NCBI RefSeq assembly: GCF_964204645.1
Contig: NC_134033.1
Location: forward strand, 7,076,655 to 7,140,654
From: Tubulanus polymorphus
Lineage: Eukaryota > Animalia > Nemertea
Direction: 5' to 3'
Length of the DNA: 64,000 nucleotides
The notes under the pieces are model-generated. The model searched no databases and was not told the DNA's origin. It was given only the letters and a program-made list of their open reading frames with translations. Position numbers and translations under genes: made by a program. Positions 59,540 to 64,000 of this stretch are shown here, piece after piece. Numbering within the stretch: position 1 is the stretch's first letter; each line of letters opens with the position of its first letter.

Positions 59540-61558
59540 CTAGGCGTTTCGTCACCGTCTGACACATTTGACGACGGCACCACGACAATACCATCAAATG
59601 AAATTAACGGCTCTTCGGGTCGGCTAAATGGGAGATTTTTGGATACCGCTGAAGTGATTGAATATGTGATTAGAAAATCCGCCACCGAAAAATTAGAACT
59701 TCCCACCAGTATTCCAAACGGCCGAAAACGTGATGTGTACTACTTATTAGACAACACCAACAACGTTCAACGTAGACAGGCTGGGAACCGGAGTAAATTC
59801 GTTGATGACTCTGGAGTTTGGGACACAAAGATGTCTTCAACTAAGAAGGTGGTGGTTCTCATACAAGAAAATGGAACACATAAGGTAAAAAACGCATAAA
59901 TACGTACTAAAATTTACGCCCATCACTTTGTGATTTGAATGATCGGGATTTCATCAGGTAAATTTCATCTTCCAGGTCATCGAATCGAAGAATTGGTCGT
60001 ACGGCATAAGGATGAAAAAAAGAATTCGTAGCATTAGATCAACAACCTTCTGACGAACATTTGATTATTTTGAGGCGGTTTTACGCTACACTAAAACGAA
60101 AACCGGATTTCAAAAAACGAATTACTTCGATTGACCATTCGCCAGCAAACTTCGGCGATGTACGAAACCGGTCAGTGGTGGAGTATCTCGGTGATTCGCC
60201 GGATAGTGGTACGGCGCATGACAATACAAAAAAGGGAACTGGAATAGAATATTTTCGGACTTCAGACTCCGTCATGGATGTAATCGCCAATAAGGTGACC
60301 ACACAAAAACCGATGCAAGTTCATAACGACCTAAGTCTAAATAGCTCATCATCAGCGCCAAGAAACTTGAAACAGGTACAGAATGTACGGCACCGTGAAA
60401 TGGTCAAGGATCGCACATCCGGCAACCGTAAGAATGTAGCAGATGAAATACAAACTCTCATGAATATGCAATCCGGCAGTGATTTCATCCGAGAGGTAAT
60501 TACTTCGATCGAAAAACCTCCGACGGTTATTTTATATACAGAGCAACAGATGAGAGACGTAAAACGATTTTGTACGCAAACGGCGGAACCTTCCGATTCT
60601 TGGCATCGATCGTACATTCAACGTTGGTGCCTGCTATTTGACTGTAACGGTTTTCAAGAACACCCATTTGCTCCGTCGTGAAACACAAGAAGCACCAATT
60701 TTCACTGGGCCATTATTTCTGCATTGGGACGGCGAGACCATTACCAGCAATTCTTCTCTTACTTAAAAGCGAAATTAGACTCAAACATAAATACAGAAAT
60801 TGCGGGCAAAATGTTAACCGTTGGATCCGACGAAGAAAAAGCTGTACTGAAAGCAATCAAAGAGACATGTCCAAATGCTACTCAATTGTTATGCTACCGA
60901 CATTTGATTGAAACCGTAAAACGGCATTTGCAACACAAAATTGGGGTGAATGATAAAATAAAAGATGAAATAGTCGACTCTATATTTGGTAAAAGCGGCG
61001 CGTTACATGAACTTGATGAGTATAAGTATACACTCAGAATGATGGAGGTCAAGGCTAGAATCAACGAAATCGCTCCGCTCTTCATCCCATACTTTGAAAA
61101 GCTGGAGTTCAAGTTAAGCTTAAGTTAAGAAATGTCACCCTATAGGATGGACAAACAATAACTGTGAGACTATAAACAGTATAATCAAACTAGCAACTAA
61201 CTGGAAGATTCTGAAGATCCCCGATTTGATAGAACAGTTACACAAATTAGTAAAAATACAGTATATCGATGTCCGTCGTGCCCTTCACCATCAAGGAAAT
61301 TATGAAGTTGTTCCTTCTTTACAAAGATATACTATTTCCCATATAATGTGGATGCAGAAAAGCAACGAAGACAAGGAAACCATATGCAATAAATTCATGA
61401 ACCTTAAACGAAAAAGAAATCTATTAAAACTATTACCTCAACAACAATTGACAATTCCAAAAACAGCCAAAGTCGCCAGAAAACCAGGACAAAGAAAAAG
61501 GACAAAAAATGCGAAAACCTTATCCGCTAAACGGCAAAAAGTTAACGAGGACTCGTAA
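59540..61558 (+). pseudogene. MULE-family transposase exons (frameshifted)
   Basis: LGIDRTFNVG, GPLFLH, GSDEEKA, LLCYRH, WTNNNCE motifs across frames. Confidence 0.75.
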
Positions 61559-61906
61559 TATGATTGTCAATGATTTAAAACCAATTTAGTATAGTAAAAC
61601 TACTATGTTTGGTGCCTGAAGTACACTGCAACAGTGGAAAGCAGGCTTTAAAGGTCAGTCTCATCAGGCACCAAAAACATTTTTTATTATAGCGTCGGAT
61701 ACATATATAGTAATGAAATAAATATGATAGAATATGATAGAAATGTCAAGATGATAATATGAATATTATGATGATAAGAAAATAATTGTTATGGATGAGA
61801 ATGTATTGTAATAAAATTAAATATCCTTGAAATACATGTAGTAATAAAATAAATATATAATGGTAGAATATGAGCGATGTATGAAATATCCTCTAAGTAT
61901 GATAGA

Positions 61907-62870
61907 CAGAGCTGCCAACTCATAGTTTTCTCTCATCCTACTCATATCCATGTTTCATCCTATTTTTTCAGATCACATCCTATTTTTGGTTTCCAAAAAT
62001 CAAGAAAACATAAACCGGAAAATCAATATTGAAATCTTTATTTCTGTAATTCACGACAACATTTTAGCCATGAGAGCAATATTATGTTCAACTAAGAAGT
62101 ATGTGAACAATACTTCTGTACGAATCACTGACAAATCATCATCTTCTTTCTGGCTAGGACGCAAGAAGTGGGAAATTTTCCTAAACTTAGCTTTATCTTT
62201 GTGGCCAGTAGTACCAAAGTGCTTTACAAGGTCACTACTCCCACCATGGGATACTGATACATCAATCCCGCAAATGTTACAATAAGCAAAATACCGAGAC
62301 GATTTTGACCTTGTGATGCAAGGGAATTTCTACGTCTAGACATTTAAGAACGTTTGTTTACGTATCTCCGGTCCGGTTCCACTACGTTTCGTTTTTTTGC
62401 CGAAGATCTTTCGTTACCAGCATCAGCTGCCGCCGCATGATCAGCACGCTCCTCTCCGTCATTTGAATCGGACATATTGTTCACTTTTATTGTTAAAATA
62501 ACAAAGAACGAGCCGGCACACGCCGCGAACAGGAAGCCGCCATCTTTGATACCGTCAATCGACAGACGTCCTAAGTAGCGAACACAATCGTCGCAATACT
62601 GCGGCGTGAAATCAAAAGTCTAAGAAACGATAGAAAATACGTAATATTTATTTACTTTAACAACATATCTTGATATATTATCGTACTAAAAGACAATTCA
62701 TTGTATTATCGTATGCATTAAACGACCGGGTCGTATTAGTTTGCCGTACAGCGTATCATCGTACAGTTACTAGCTCCCGGTCGTATTGATTTGTTGTTCA
62801 GCGTATCGTCGTACGTTCAACGCACCAATCGTACGAAAATACGACGATATCGTACTGGTTGGCAGCCCTG
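61907..62870. mobile_element. Non-autonomous TIR element (hAT-like, 6-bp TSD) nested in the MULE
   Basis: CAGAGCTGCCAAC...GTTGGCAGCCCTG flanked by GATAGA on both sides. Confidence 0.7.
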
Positions 62871-63205
62871 GATAGAATATGATAGAAATGTAAAAATAAT
62901 CATGATGTGAATGTTATAATGATAAGAAAACAATTTTCGTTATTGATGAGAATGTATAGAAATAATATTAATAATGATATGAATAATATTATTATGATAA
63001 GAAAATAATTTTGAACTTGAAAAAAAATTAAAAGTTTCATCGTCATGTATAGAAATAATATTAATAAAAGGATTATGTTATTGATGAACATTATTGTCTT
63101 CATTTATTTTCGATTGGAGCTCCAGTCGGTTTCCAGTCGGCTCCAGTCGGTTTTCAGTCGGCTCCGGTCGGTTCCAGTCGGCTCCAGTCGGTATTTAGTA
63201 GGAGC

Positions 63206-63903
63206 CAAACTATCCACAGGTAAGCAAAGGTCAAGCAATTAGAAAAACAAAACTATAGGTCTAACTGCAGTTTGGGTCATCTTTCCACTGGGAGGTGCCA
63301 CTAGTGTTATTAAAGAATAGTGTTATGGTAAGGTTAGGTACATAACCATTAGGGACACTTAACTGCAGTCCTAAATCAGTCTAATCATTCGTTTGTGATC
63401 GTCCTCTAAAGCGTTCTACTGTTGTGTTAACCCAATGCTGTGATTTTTTGCATCTTTTGTAATTCACGGTGTTTCGGATGTTTTTTTTAGTTGGGCCGCT
63501 ATCCTTGATGGTAGATACAGTGCAGATGAAGTAACGCAACAGCTGATGACGGGGGATGGGAAAAAAGAAGAAAGAAATTATATGCACCTGTGATCTCTTG
63601 TTTATTGATGAAATATCAATGATCTCATCTCGAATATTTACGTTATTAGAGAAAACAATAAGACAAGTCCGAGGAAACAAACGCCCGTTTGGGGGTATAC
63701 AGATTATTGTTTCAGGTACTAACATGAATTTTTGGTACAAAGCATAATGAAATGGCTCATGAAATCATGAATAATATCATTTGCATTTATTTCATCCACG
63801 TAGGTGATTTCCTTCAACTACCGCCTGTTATAAATATGCTTTACGATGATCCAGGCAACATGGCATTTACATCAAAAACCTGGCAGTTAACCTTTAAACA
63901 CAG
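63206..63903 (+). pseudogene. PIF1-like helicase, continuing exons
   Basis: TIH followed by a GTAAG donor; LFIDEISMIS; RPFGGIQIIVSG|DFLQLPPV across a GT-AG intron. Confidence 0.8.
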
Positions 63904-64000
63904 GATTGTAATTTGGGTTTTCGTATCTTCCCATCGAAAATGTATGGATCTGCTTGACGTTTTCCGTTTATCTTCCCATCGAAAATGTATGGATCTGCTT

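Larger units (their letters stand above)
55338..63205 (+). mobile_element. MULE-like DNA transposon carrying PHD and OTU-like domains
   Basis: TIRs GC(C/T)CCTACTAAATACCGACTGG with subterminal CCGACTGGA repeats; splits the PIF1 ORF; TSD not resolved. Confidence 0.75.

Noticed and set aside
55115-63903. Helitron call based on the PIF1 helicase
   Set aside because: No HUH Rep domain or Helitron termini visible in the window

Overview
Eukaryotic (intron-containing, probably invertebrate) genomic DNA, almost entirely mobile elements. Positions 1740-35557 hold two related AT-rich Polinton/Maverick-like endogenous viruses of about 17 kb each. Element B (18469-35316, 6-bp TSD TTTGTG) sits inside the right terminal inverted repeat (TIR) of element A (1740-35557, 6-bp TSD CGAAGG). 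A in turn splits a tyrosine-recombinase-like ORF. Both encode protein-primed PolB, rve integrase, packaging ATPase, major and minor capsid candidates and several membrane proteins; I found no adenain protease. Several signals tie them to cytoplasmic large DNA viruses: almost every gene starts with a poxvirus-late-like promoter (T-run, ~6 nt, TAAATG); B encodes an apparent poxvirus A2/VLTF-3 late transcription factor fused to zinc fingers; B's polymerase carries a 355-aa LAGLIDADG intein at the Pol-c site, which is empty in A; and A carries an NCLDV-type HNH nuclease. My inference is that these are integrated virophage-like hyperparasites of a pox-like virus. Smaller oddities include a 27-bp palindromic in-frame insert in three unrelated genes, a covarying ~78-nt structured element and self-palindromic TIRs. 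The rest of the window has a ~385-bp satellite, a decayed LINE with a MITE, a Ty3/Gypsy LTR element with a probably spliced zinc-finger ORF3, and a PHD-OTU-MULE transposon inserted in a PIF1-like helicase gene. All family assignments come from reading motifs and from remembered sequences, not from database searches.
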